Shown here in pieces: positions 51,301-63,763 of a stretch of DNA of 64,000 nucleotides (position 1 is the stretch's first letter; every line of letters starts with the position of its first letter). This DNA is from Lineus longissimus. Lineage: Eukaryota. The position numbers and the translations under genes were made by a program. Location: contig NC_088308.1 of the NCBI RefSeq assembly GCF_910592395.1, positions 744,001 through 808,000 on the forward strand, given 5' to 3'. The notes beneath the pieces are model-generated. The model did not search any database. It was not told the origin of the DNA and worked only from the letters and a program-made list of their open reading frames with translations.

Positions 51301-54300
51301 TCATCCAGTAGAAAGCATAATCCACTCGTCCTTGTTAGTGGCTATCATCCAGTAGAAAGCATAATCCACTCGTCCTTGTTAGTGGCTATCATCCAGTAGA
51401 AAGCATAATCCACTCGTCCTTGTTGGTGGCTATCATCCAGTAGAAAGCATAATCCACTCGTCCTTGTTGGTGGCTATCATCCAGTAGAAAGCAGAATCCA
51501 CTCGTCCTTGTTGGTGGCTATCATCCAGTAGAAAGCATAATCCACTCGTCCGTGTTAGTGGCTATCATCCAGTAGAAAGCAGAATCCACTCGTCCGTGTT
51601 AGTGGCTATCATCCAGTAGAAAGCATAATCCACTCGTCCTTGTTAGTGGCTATCATCCAGTAGAAAGCATAATCCACTCGTCCTTGTTGGTGGCTATCAT
51701 CCAGTAGAAAGCATAATCCACTCGTCCTTGTTGGTGGCTATCATCCAGTAGAAAGCATAATCCACTCGTCCTTGTTAGTGGCTATCATCCAGTAGAAAGC
51801 ATAATCCACTCGTCCTTGTTGGTGGCTATCATCCAGTAGAAAGCAGAATCCACTCGTCCGTGTTAGTGGCTATCATCCAGTAGAAAGCATAATCCACTCG
51901 TCCTTGTTAGTGGCTATCATCCAGTAGAAAGCATAATCCACTCGTCCTTGTTGGTGGCTATCATCCAGTAGAAAGCATAATCCACTCGTCCTTGTTGGTG
52001 GCTATCATCCAGTAGAAAGCATAATCCACTCGTCCTTGTTAGTGGCTATCATCCAGTAGAAAGCATAATCCACTCGTCCTTGTTGGTGGCTATCATCCAG
52101 TAGAAAGCATAATCCACTCGTCCTTGTTGGTGGCTATCATCCAGTAGAAAGCATAATCCACTCGTCCTTGTTGGTGGCTATCATCCAGTAGAAAGCAGAA
52201 TCCGCTCGTCCTTGTTGGTGGCTATCATCCAGTAGAAAGCAGAATCCGCTCGTCCTTGTTGGTGGCTATCATCCAGTAGAAAGCAGAATCCACTCGTCCT
52301 TGTTAGTGGCTATCATCCAGTAGAAAGCATAATCCACTCGTCCTTGTTAGTGGCTATCATCCAGTAGAAAGCAGAATCCACTCGTCCTTGTTGGTGGCTA
52401 TCATCCAGTAGAAAGCAGAATCCACTCGTCCTTGTTAGTGGCTATCATCCAGTAGAAAGCATAATCCACTCGTCCTTGTTGGTGGCTATCATCCAGTAGA
52501 AAGCAGAATCCACTCGTCCGTGTTAGTGGCTATCATCCAGTAGAAAGCAGAATCCACTCGTCCTTGTTAGTGGCTATCATCCAGTAGAAAGCATAATCCA
52601 CTCGTCCTTGTTAGTGGCTATCATCCAGTAGAAAGCAGAATCCACTCGTCCTTGTTAGTGGCTATCATCCAGTAGAAAGCATAATCCACTCGTCCTTGTT
52701 AGTGGCTATCATCCAGTAGAAAGCATAATCCACTCGTCCTTGTTAGTGGCTATCATCCAGTAGAAAGCAGAATCCACTCGTCCTTGTTGGTGGCTATCAT
52801 CCAGTAGAAAGCATAATCCACTCGTCCTTGTTGGTGGCTATCATCCAGTAGAAAGCATAATCCACTCGTCCTTGTTAGTGGCTATCATCCAGTAGAAAGC
52901 ATACCTTCTGCTACATGTATAATCACATGATTATGATCCAATTTTTGCACAGGGTACCGTTCCACGAGATATGCCAAACTGGATGAGTTACCTGCATAGG
53001 AGGTTCAGCGACCCTAACAGCTATACCAACATCCGTCTGTTCATTGCTCGACTCATCATCAATGCACAGGAGGTGTTCCGTCCGTACACCAAGTTCTGGC
53101 TGAGCCCCCTCGTCCAGTTCATCATCACAGAGAACAGTGGCACCGGCCTCAATTATATGTTGGTGGACATCGTGGTGACGATGCTGTCTTGGGGAACAGT
53201 CGCTATTCCTCAGGTAGGTACTAAAGGGCATGTTATTGCCGACTTTGCTGAGTGAGAACTTGAAGAGAGGGTCTAATCTATTACAAGGCAAGGGGTGGGA
53301 CATGTTGTAGCTCAAGAGAACACTGTGTAGCTTTCAGTTCATACCAAGTGGGCCCGGTCAAATGAGACCATTTCTAGTAGGAAACGTATTCCACCAGAGG
53401 ACAAAGTCAAAGATCTGTAAGAACATATGTTTGCATGCATTTTCCAGGATACTGTTGGGGATCGAGCAATGGCCAGTTCTCTGGTTGAGTTCCTGATGAA
53501 GAACTGTCACCATGAGACGAGAGGGATACTGAGGAACAATCTGGAGATGCTGAAGACACTTGTTGAATGTTGGCGCGACAGGGTGGATATTCCCGTAAAG
53601 TAGGTCAAGGCCTTTTTCACTTGAGTCTTTTTGGTGAATGACGCCATAGAGCGCAGTGCAGTTGTATCATGTAGATTTCGAGGTCATGCGTGGGTCAGAA
53701 GATTTCGTACACTTAGATTGAAGAAGACCTATCATCATGATTATTGATTGTTTTGTTCACCTATGTCATTGAAGGCAAAGGTATTAAAAGTTAGTCTTTG
53801 CCAAAATAGAGTTGATGCAAATCTTACCAAAAAACCTGCACTTTTCTTCCAAATGTTCAGCTGGTAGAGTTTGACTGGTCTACTTTCAGGATTATCTATG
53901 ACCACTTGAACAAACCCGACCCAAAGGACTCGAGTAGTGCTACAGGGATCCAGCTACTGGGTGTCGTGGTGGCCAACAAGCTCCCTCCCTACAGGGAAAC
54001 CATGACAGTGGATAAGGAGAGGTGAGTGCCTCACTTCTCATAGAGGTGTTCCTTGAGAAACAAAACGTCTTGAGCGAGTTCTGTTAGTGAAAAGTTGCAT
54101 ATCAGAAATAAAGAGCAACTTTATCCTCTGCAATGTCACTTTTGTACCGAGGTAAGCAGACGTGAAAGTCTTGTTTTATACTTCAGGTATTACTTTGTCC
54201 TGGCTAACAACCTGATGAAGAACTCAAAGACAGTTCACACAGCGGCAGCCGAGGTCCTTGGCATGGTGCTGAAGTACCTCTCGGAGAAAGACCCTGATGT

Positions 54301-57300
54301 CCAGGCAGGCTATCACGATCACATCCACAAGATCCTCTCCACACTGCAGCAGGGCAAGCCGGACCAGTTCATCAACTGTGTCCACAGGATACAGCTCCAT
54401 TATCCTCCGATGGCAGACCGGTGAGTACCGTGCAGTCATATCGTTCTCCCAACTCCAAATACATTCATCTGCTTGGTATTTTAAGATTGATGAAGTTTCT
54501 TTTATCATAACGCTCTAAATCAACTCGATGGTTGTTTCAGATTCACCACCAAGTTACTGTTCATGCTGCCCAGTCTCCACGGTGAATTCAAAACGTTGTG
54601 CTTGGAGATTATTCTGTCTAGAATTGACAACATTGAGGACATCTTCCTCGAGCTAAAGAACAAGGGGCTGCTTGACCTGCTGAATCACAGGTAAGTTGAC
54701 GTTTTCCTAGAGCTGTTTTCCTAGGGCTAGGAGAGAGCCACCAACTGGCCAACAGGGAAGTTAAGCATGTTATCTTTCCAAAATGTTTTGTTACGGCCAA
54801 CTGTGACATGACTTGCACTTCGTTTCAGAGATGAAGCCACGCAGCATGTAACTCTGAAGATTGTCCACAGTATGTTGAAGAGACTTAGCCCAAAGGACCT
54901 GCTCTACCTGCTGCCCTCTGTGGTCGAATTCACTGACAACCCAAGTCAGGTGTGCAGGGGCACAATGTACGAGATACTCATGTGGATATATGACAATTAT
55001 AGGTAGGTTCACTGAGGGTACTCTTACTGATGTTTCTACAGTGGTCTTGTCATAACCTGTCTTCCTTTCTATTATCAGATGATATACATGTCATATCTAA
55101 TAGGTCCATGAGGGGCTAACTCAAGTAGGCCCTAGACATGAAGACTGGTTGACTTTATGACCTCAGTGTCTTTTTCCAGGGAAGAGGAGAGTGATGAAGG
55201 CCATCAGATCATGACGCAGACCAAGGACACACTACTCAAGGGGCTCTCAGATGATGAGATCAGAAACAGGTAGGATCTGTTTATATCAATCATCCTGTTC
55301 TGTTTTGTTCCTGTTGTTGCGTACTCATTGCATTAAGCATGAGGTAGGAGTCCAAATGGTGATCTCCAGGTGACTTATACGCACAGTTTAATGAAACTGG
55401 GTCTGGTTTGACTATAAAAAGATTCCCTGTACAAGTATGAATGGTTCCCTATCAGAGCCTTGGTGAATACCGCCTGGTGCCTACCTGCAGAGTCTCCTTT
55501 AAAAACATTATTCTCTCTTCGTCAGGCTCACCATTCAAAATTTCTGGAGTCATGAGACGAGGCTGCCTACTGGGACGTTAGATCGTATGGTAGCGATGTT
55601 GGAGGCGATGTACTCCCCTGCCACCGAGAATCAATACCTGAGTTACGCCACCAACCTCTTGCTGGAGATGACATCAAAAAGTCCAGATTACAACAGGGAA
55701 ATATTTGAACATCCGTTATCGGAATGTAAATTCTCGGTATGTTTTCCCAAAACAACTGATTGATGGTAGACATTCTGAAACAGCTAGAGATGGTTCTTAT
55801 ACTTCTGTTGGGTGAGGTACATGTAATAGAGGTATTATCTCTGTAGAGGGGTAACTAACCCTCTTAAGGCATGTTTTGTGTAGCTGACCTGATGAAGTCT
55901 AGGATTCTGGTCCTTTTCAAGGAATGCCTCTCTTTTGAAAGAGGCCAATGGGTGTATTGTACCTGATGCCTTTGCTCCAGAAAGCAAACAAGCCTGTCTA
56001 AGTTAGAAACATGAATAGATATGTAGTCCTTCTCCCTGAGACTAAACCAATAGCAGCCACACTAGACACCGAGTGAAGTGGTACGCAACAAATGCCATGA
56101 AAGCAAACACTGACAAAGAAGCATCTATCATACTTGTGCTTATTCTTGCAGGACTACAGTGTGAGTGCCTCATGGAGACAGAGACATGCAGGGATGACTC
56201 CGCTCTTTGTTGAAACCTTTGCCAGCCAGGGGGCGACACAAGGTTCAAGTCTCGACGAGTCTATGGCCGGAGTGAGGGCCACGCAGGATGTCCAACAGTT
56301 CACTCAGACACAGCAAGAAGGAGCCTCTAAGAACCCCTACAACTGGTTGACCCAGTCCAGCTTGGACACCTTCACCAACATCAGCATGAGCCTTTCCATG
56401 GCCGACTCACAGCAGTCATCATCGTTGCTGTTCAATGTTGGGAAAGCACCTGCAAGGCCGAGAAGACAGAAGCGCCCTCTGCCTGCAGGATTTGGCAAAG
56501 AGAAGCTCGGTGGTGGAGCAGCTCCAGCAGCTGTGGGTAAGTACTCGTCTAGTGTTGTTCATTTGCTCATTATCAGCAGAATAACGACTCGCGTGGTGAC
56601 TCGATGACCTCTGCTATCATTTCACCAGGTCCTGCATCCATTGCTAACCACCACCAAAGTCATTTTGCCTTCCCACCGTGCCTGCCTTCGTTGGAGTGAG
56701 TGTCAATGAGTTGGTTGATTTCTTTCAGAAGAGTCGGAGCAGGATATTGAACTCAAGCGACTCAAGAGACGTTTTGTGAAGGATCAGACGTCAACCAGTC
56801 ATTACTACGCGAGGAAGAATCTCGCCTTGAAGAAAAAGCGAGAGGTAGGGTTACATTTGGCTGCAGCATTTATAATGTTTCACTCCTGCTGAAAATGAAT
56901 GGTAAATATTTGCAAGTTCAGGTGACTGTTTTTGGAGATCTTAGGGCTTTTACTTCCATGCCACCAGTTCATTAGCTGTAAACTGCAGCTGATATGAGTG
57001 TTTCATGACCTGAAAACTGAGTGTATGTCTCCGCTTTCTAACATTTTGGAAAAGGCAACCAATATTATCTGTTGGTTGGGTGAAGTTTTGATAAAAGTGA
57101 CAGGTACCACACTTCAAATAGCCTATAAAGATACATGTACTCCTTCAGTACATGATTTTCTTGGTATCAAAGACATTGATTCTCTTATCATTTAGGAAAA
57201 CTTGAAAGAGCAAAGATCCAAGAGGGAGTTCCAGGTGACCATGTACAGGAAGTACAGGATAGGAGACTTACCTGACATCCAGATCAAGTACTCCTATATC

Positions 57301-60300
57301 ATCGCTCCCCTGCAGGCACTGGCACAGGTAAAGAGCATATCGAGATTTAGTCAAGAAAGAAGTACGCCGTACATAAGGTTGGTGGTTCAGGCTTCATGAC
57401 ATGTGCTGATTCCTGCATGTGAAGGGTTTAAGATGGGCATATTGAAGTTGATGCCAGGTATGATGTATCTTAAGTTCCCAGTGTCTCCATCGTTGCTAGT
57501 TCCATTTCAGCGTGACAGCACATTGGCTAAGATGCTCTTCAGCGCCATCTTCAGGGGTATCTTCTTAAAGGTGGATGACATCAAGACCGAACGAGAAGTC
57601 ATCGAAACAACGCAGAAGATCAACCAGTGTCTGAATGACATGCTCTCAAACTCGTCCAGATATTACCCACAGTTCATCGCTTGTATCCAGGTAAAGGAAT
57701 ATGATCTAATTCTTCTTCGAAGCAGCTTCACCTTCAAGCAGCTCCTTGATAACCCAGCATGCCTCTGTGGAGACCGTACTGGCAGTTGTTGTAAAGCACT
57801 TTGAGACAGGACTTGGCGCCTTCCAATACACTTTACATGTATGCACTGCCATCTGTCCAAGAAGTTTGAAGTTTGATATGACTGTGGTGAGCATGTGGCC
57901 AATGTTGAAAGTGATTCTTTTCTCTGCGTTTAGGACATTGCCTTCCACCTTCCAAAGAAGTTAAAGCTGGAAGCCACCACAGTCAACACCTGTTGTGTGA
58001 CGAGCCTTCAGCAGCCGCTTGGGATAGTCTTACTAGAGGAGCAGCTTCTGCAGCAGGTCGAAGCCGCTGAACCACCGTCCAAGAAGCGACGTGGAGGCAC
58101 GGCACTGACCAGTGGTGCTGCAGTGTCTCAGGAGACAGGCACATGGATTGAACTGGCAAGGTATGCTTCTGTTTATACAGTTAGACGCTGAGCTTTTAGC
58201 ATCTTATGTGACACCTTAGACCGCCACCTACGTAAGTGACACCTTAGACCGCCACCTACGTAAGTGACACCTTAGACCGCCGCCTACGTAAGTGACACCT
58301 TAGACCGCCACCTACGTAAGTGACACCTTAGACCGCCACCTACGTAAGTGACACCCTAGACCGCCACCTACGTTAGTGACACCTTAGACCGCCGCCTACG
58401 TAAGTGACACCTTAGACCGCCACCTACGTAAGTGACACCCTAGACCGCCACCTACGTTAGTGACACCCTAGACCGCCACCTACGTAAGTGACACCTTAGA
58501 CCGCCACCTACGTAAGTGACACCCTAGACCGCCACCTACGTTAGTGACACCCTAGACCGCCACCTACGTAAGTGACACCTTAGACCGCCGCCTACGTAAG
58601 TGACACCTTAGACCGCCGCCTACGCAAGTGACACCTTAGACCGCCACCTACGTAAGTGACACCTTAGACCGCCACCTACGTAAGTGACACCTTAGACCGC
58701 CACCTACGTAAGTGACACCTTAACTTGAAATATCCTAGTACATGTAGATGTATTGAGATCAAAGCAGAGACATCCAGGGGAGAGCTGATTGGCTTATCCT
58801 CTATGCCACTCTTATGTCCTACGTGTCAGGTGTTCTTGCTTTTGAACAAGCATTTCTTCTCTTTCCATCTCAGGGTTTACAAATCTCTTGGCGACTATGA
58901 TGTCCTTCGAGGAATCTTCAGCGGAATGATCAACACCAAACAGGTTACCCATGATGCATTAGAAGCGGAGGCCAGGGGTGACTTCTCAACCGCTGTCAAG
59001 CTTTACAATGATGTGAGTGAATCCAGATTTTACCACTTTCTCTGGTGTTTTCTTATGTGACATCTCTGGTGTTGGAGTTCCTCATCTGTTCATCTTGTCA
59101 TAAAGAAGCATCTTTTCTTTATTTCATAGGCTATTTCAGAAACCGACTGGCGTGATGGCAGACCTCAGGAAGTCGAAGTAGACCTCTGGGATGACTGTAG
59201 GCTAAAGGTAAGTCGTCCAAATCATATCTTTAAGGTACAACATCTGGAATGATTGGGTACCTCAGCGCATGAAAATAGGGTGGGAATAGCCAATGGGGTT
59301 AGAGTGCTCAGCCATGACAGCTTGTGGTGAGCATTGCCAAACTCATTTCTCAGTCTGATGAAATGTGTTTCTTCTGCTGCCAGATCACTTTACTCACCAA
59401 AAGTTGAGCAAAAATACTACCTCAAGGGTCTTAAGATACACCCTGTTGATGTACGTAGATGATGTAGATTTTGACCTGAATCTTGGAGAAGCCCTGCCAG
59501 GCATCAGTGTCATACCAAACCTATGTTAGAGTGAGGTTGGTGAATGCTCGTTTAACATCCCCACTACGAACCTCTCCATTTTGTGTTCCAGTGTTTCGAC
59601 CAGCTCACCCAGTGGAGTAACCTTGAGGAGTTCACAGTGACTTGTGTTGATGATAGTGACAACCCCAAGCTGGAGAAAGTCTGGGACGATACTTATTATC
59701 AGGTACAATGAGGTTACACATTAGAGGGTCATCAGGTTCTGAGGTGGCACATAAAATTGAGGTGCGAAAGGAACTGAGGGAGTAAGTTTCAGCTCTATAA
59801 ACCTTCTTGGACAGAGGATTTCCCTCTACTCTCAATCCTATGAAACCTTGCTGCCCACCCCAGTCAAGTCTTTAATGATGTCAAACATTTAGGAACTTAG
59901 TCCTTGTGACTTTTGTTGTTTCAGGAGCACTATTTGCCGTTCATCATCCGTAGCAAGCTGAAGCTGCTGGTGGAGGGTGATGAACACCAGCAGGACCTGT
60001 TCACGTTCATTGACCAGTCCATGAAAGCACCCGAGAGGAAGGCTCTCCTGGAGACGAGGTTCTGTGAGGAGCTGGCGCTCATGTACCTCTGGCAAGAGCA
60101 ATACGACAGGGCGAGATATTACACCAACAATGCGCTCCAACTATTCCTGCAGGTTTGTTATATTCTACCTTGTCCAACTTTTTAAATTTGTGAACAATGG
60201 AAAATCATAAATAATCACCGCTTTTATACAGCTCATTGTTGATGGTACTGACCTACTACTTGTAGGACCTTCTTTAGTCTGTTTTTACAGCAGCTGCTAC

Positions 60301-63300
60301 TTTTATAGGCCTCTGTGACAGGACCCAGGAAGTCTTATGCCACGCTTAACACTATGTCCCCATGTAAATGATACGTTCATCCTCTTTACTTTAGGACTGG
60401 TCAAGTATCGATACTCTGATGCTCTCCTCCAGGGTGGCTAAGCTTCAGGGATTGCAGAAGCTGACTGAGTTACAAGAGTTTCTCGAGTTCATGAGATATG
60501 ATAGTAAGTATCTTGTTGTTTCATTCCTGATTAGTGAACTCTTCCTATGGCCCTGTGGAGGAGAGGGAGCAGACAATGTCCTTCCAACTATCACAGCTTG
60601 TGAACAAACTTATGCCTAATGCCAAAGAAGACCTTCCAATAGAATCATAGATTTGACTTGTCTCTTCCACAACAGGTAACTTCCAGAATAGCCATCTCTC
60701 TGTGAGCCTGGTCGACAAGTGGCTGGATCATAAACCGGACTTGTTGATGGACCCCTCCAATATCTGGGATGATATTACCACCAATAGGTAAGATACATGT
60801 AGGCTATCTTATTTTGCAAGCCTGAGATGGACTCCTCATATCTATGATTATTTGGAGGGGGAGGGGAGTTGAAGCTGTAAGTAGTGCCATCAGGAGACTT
60901 CATTGGTACTATTTCCTTGGAACAACAATGCTGGACATTTGGATGACAAGACAGATATATCCACCATACAAACTCAACAGCATACCTCAGCCAAAACTTA
61001 GGATATCCACCATTCAAACTCAACAGCATACCTCAGCCAAAACTTAGGATATCCACCATACAAACTCAACAGCATACCTCAGCCAAAACTTAGGATATGT
61101 TTCCACCCAGGTGTGTGTTCATCGACCACCTTGACAAGAAGCTCGAGAAACAGGGGATCCATGAAGAGACACACAGCGCCTTCGAGATGAAGAAGGTTCT
61201 GTTGAGGCTGAGTCAGGCTGGCAGCGCGAGAGAACAGAACAACTTCCCATTGGCGCTCAAGCTCTTGAAAACAACGCATAGGGTAGGTGGTTAGGCAATG
61301 TGTCAAGCTCAAACATCTCACAGACAATTCTCAGCTCTTCACTAACTCTGGGTATATCTGACCAGCCTCAAGATCACGAAAGATGTCTCAGTGTCATGTA
61401 TTGGACTCTAATCATGTTGATCATTCATATGTGTGCAACTTGAGTTAGAATGCCCTTTTTCATTACAATCATTGTATTCATCATCATTCCTGCCACTTCA
61501 GAATGCTAAAGCAACTAATGACGAGTCTTTGCTGATTCAATGGACCCATTGTTACTCCCTCACACATCAACAGAAGGTTCACATGGTCGGCAGCAGCCTA
61601 CCATTGCCAAAGAAACTGGAGAGTTTGTTGAGCTCAATGGACCAGCTACGTGAGTATATGACCTTGGCAGGTTTACTTCTGACCCGTATTGATTGAATAT
61701 GACGTAACTTGTCATGTAGCTTGGTAGATGAATGTGGTTGACCCTTCCTTGTCTTTCCAGAGAAGCTTAGCAGCAGTGATGTGTTCAAGTGTGACAGTCT
61801 ATTAGGCAGACAACAGGACATCCTTCAGGGGAAGACACTCGATATGGTAGCCCTGGAGATCTTGGAGAATCTTGGCTCGGGTGATACGCTGCCTGATGAA
61901 ACCCTTGACAAGATAGCTAGCCTAACTGGTTGCCAACACAACATGGATCAGGTCAGTGTTCATCTCCTCAGACAAAGTCAATCTTCATTCTCACAGTCTG
62001 ACTCCAAGTCAGTCTTCATTCTCACAGTCTGACTCCAAGTCGGTCTTCATTCTCACAGTCTGACTCCAAGTCAGTCTTCATTCTCACAGTCTGACTCCAA
62101 GTCGGTCTTCATTCTCACAGTCTGACTCCAAGTCGGTCTTCATTCTCACAGTCTGACTCCAAGTCGGTCTTCATTCTCACAGTCTGACTCCAAGTCGGTC
62201 TTCATTCTCACAGTCTGACTCCAAGTCGGTCTTCATTCTCACAGTCTGACTCCAAGTCGGTTTTCATTCTCACAGACGACGTAGACCAGAAAGCCAAAAT
62301 CTAGGGAATAAGATGGAGAGGGAACTAGAGTGTACTGTTGAATGCAAATAAGAAGAGATTCTTACAGGTTTAATCTTTGGAATTGAACTACGTTTAATGT
62401 TTTCAGGTTGTGAGTGGACTTGTTGAGAAGGGTTACAGTTATATGCAAAATGCTACCAAGTCCGCCTTGAAGGAGGAGGGCGAGACCAGTGAGGCCATGA
62501 TACTCGACGTGGACGGAATCATTGCAGCCCATATGACCATGGTTAGATATTGCGATCAGTACTTACGCAGGAATGAAGAAGGTAAGTCATGGTACTTTGA
62601 TCCAAATCTGGGTCGTGGGTTGGTTGTTTGATGCACCACAGACAGTACACCAAGTACACCTCACCTTTATTAACCTGTCAAGCTACAATTCAAGTCAGGG
62701 GATCAAACCCACATACAACGACTGATTGTCGATTGGTAGTCAAGTGACCACTGGGCTGGGCTGGGTGCTGCTAGCTGTTCCTAGTCATATGGTGCATCAA
62801 AATACAATCTGCACTTCACGCCACCTCCTCTAGTGGATGCCTTTCAGACTAAAAATCTTGAAAAACCTCTTCTTCAGCTGATTCCCAAGAGGTAGACTGC
62901 CCGTCTCTTAAGCGGTTCCCTGAGACTGTCATCACATCACTGCTGGCCGCCATGAAGCACAACTCAAAGGAAGCAAGACAGAAGTTTGCCCGGTTACTTC
63001 AGATTGTTGAGTCATTCCCCGACACAATGGATACATTCATTGAGAAGGTAGGCACAGTCATTGTTTTTGTTATCTGAGAGTTAGGCGAAGGAAAGTGATA
63101 ATTAAAGGCTGTACATTTGATACAGCCATAGCCTTTTAGAATTAGTACCATGTCTTTTTAGGTAAACGTGGAATACATTGTATATATTGAAATCGTTCAA
63201 CTAGCACTGTATTGATATTGGAGTACCAGGCCAAATCACAGTTTGTAAAGGGTTTTCATGTTTTCAGACGAAGGAGATCCCGTGCTGGATGTTCATCTCG

Positions 63301-63763
63301 TGGATCAGTCAGATGGTGTCCTACTTGGACAAGACAGGAGCCAGGGCCGTCCAGGATATCTTGACAAGAATCTCGGAGGAATACCCTCAGGTAAAACATG
63401 GTTTGGGGTCTGTATCATACTAAATGAAGATCCTACCTTTCACTGAAGACATTTTAGGCGAACTGTGATTCAATTTCTCCTCAATGTAGGATGTTCATAG
63501 CTGTGAGCTAGGACTATTAGTTTACTTCCTGGCACTGATCCAAACCCATTATTGCATGTTTGATCTGCAGTTTTGCCCTCTGAGCCATACATGCATGACA
63601 CCTCTCTCTCTCTTTGTCTGTTTATTTACTGGTTTGCCAGACTCATGCCATCGCGTTCCACTATGGTTTTTCAGGCCCTGATCTACCCGTTCAAGATCAG
63701 CAGTGAGTCATTCCAGTTCAGTGGCACAGCCGAGGGGAAGCGGAACAAGGCAGCAGTGGACAG
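30355..63763 (+). CDS. PRKDC: DNA-dependent protein kinase catalytic subunit (DNA-PKcs); 3' part beyond window
   Basis: Recognisable DNA-PKcs peptides: [118 protein letters not shown]. Exons read by eye: 30355-30517, 31547-31623, 31879-31971, 32303-32374, 32758-32866, 33165-33277, 33431-33530, 33873-34024, 34329-34481, 34888-34983, 35241-35408, 35669-35837, 36016-36176, 36443-36577, 36816-36934, 37306-37465, 37737-37862, 38111-38230, 38519-38678, 38970-39088, 39335-39527, 39728-39939, 40180-40287, 40511-40609, 40869-40996, 41210-41304, 41577-41679, 41822-41946, 42261-42518, 43245-43474, 43651-43773, 44305-44589, 44783-44890, 46051-46298, 46736-46871, 46996-47153, 47681-47783, 48061-48188, 48309-48516, 48721-48902, 49281-49449, 49722-49787, 50073-50258, 50590-50667, 50892-51026, 52953-53213, 53448-53599, 53890-54021, 54187-54420, 54541-54690, 54829-55002, 55180-55269, 55526-55736, 56152-56536, 56729-56844, 57196-57327, 57511-57690, 57934-58160, 58874-59012, 59130-59207, 59592-59702, 59925-60152, 60395-60503, 60676-60786, 61111-61282, 61502-61649, 61761-61951, 62408-62581, 62878-63047, 63268-63390, 63675-63763. 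Kinase and FATC domains are not in the window. Confidence 0.97.
34622..34700 (+). mobile_element. Degenerate tRNA-derived SINE head in a PRKDC intron
   Basis: A-box-like tggtctagtg (34629) and B-box-like ggatcgaaccc (34673) at tRNA-like spacing; no clean cloverleaf. Confidence 0.4.
42733..43169. repeat. Intronic minisatellite, 29-bp unit x about 15
   Basis: Unit gtgagtactgtgagggtcaggttgtggct. Confidence 0.95.
43766..44029. repeat. Minisatellite, 44-bp unit x6, built from an exon/intron boundary
   Basis: Unit cagatcag|gtaagtgagatactcatgcgtggggtgtctgtgcct; the first copy overlaps the end of exon 43651-43773. Confidence 0.95.
44964..45864. repeat. Intronic minisatellite, 39-bp unit x about 23
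   Basis: Unit ctgtatgtcatcttaccacatgtaggtgtatgcagtggt. Confidence 0.97.
46532..46605. repeat. Compound (GATA)n microsatellite with 28-bp higher-order unit
   Basis: (atag)4 atattgactaga repeated about 2.6 times. Confidence 0.85.
47332..47430. mobile_element. Truncated pogo/Tigger-like MITE end
   Basis: TA|cagtggaactccggtaacacgaccac... resembles TA-flanked CAGTGGAAC-type TIRs; no partner end found. Confidence 0.3.
51226..52903. repeat. Intronic minisatellite, 44-bp unit x about 38
   Basis: Unit gca[t/g]aatccactcgtcc[t/g]tgtt[a/g]gtggctatcatccagtagaaa. Confidence 0.97.
58208..58722. repeat. Intronic minisatellite, 28-bp unit x about 18
   Basis: Unit gtgacaccttagaccgccacctacgtaa. Confidence 0.97.
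60957..61098. repeat. Intronic tandem repeat, 46-bp unit x3
   Basis: Unit atatccaccatacaaactcaacagcatacctcagccaaaacttagg, ending 12 nt before the exon at 61111. Confidence 0.9.
61982..62275. repeat. Intronic minisatellite, 31-bp unit x about 9.5
   Basis: Unit tcttcattctcacagtctgactccaagtcgg. Confidence 0.95.
62690..62760 (-). mobile_element. Degenerate tRNA-derived SINE head (minus strand)
   Basis: Reverse complement shows agcccagtggt (A-box-like) and ggtttgatccc (B-box-like). Confidence 0.3.

Noticed and set aside
51226..58722. 28-44 bp repeat arrays as CRISPR
   Set aside because: Units are head-to-tail with no unique spacers, there are no cas genes, and the context is a eukaryotic intron.
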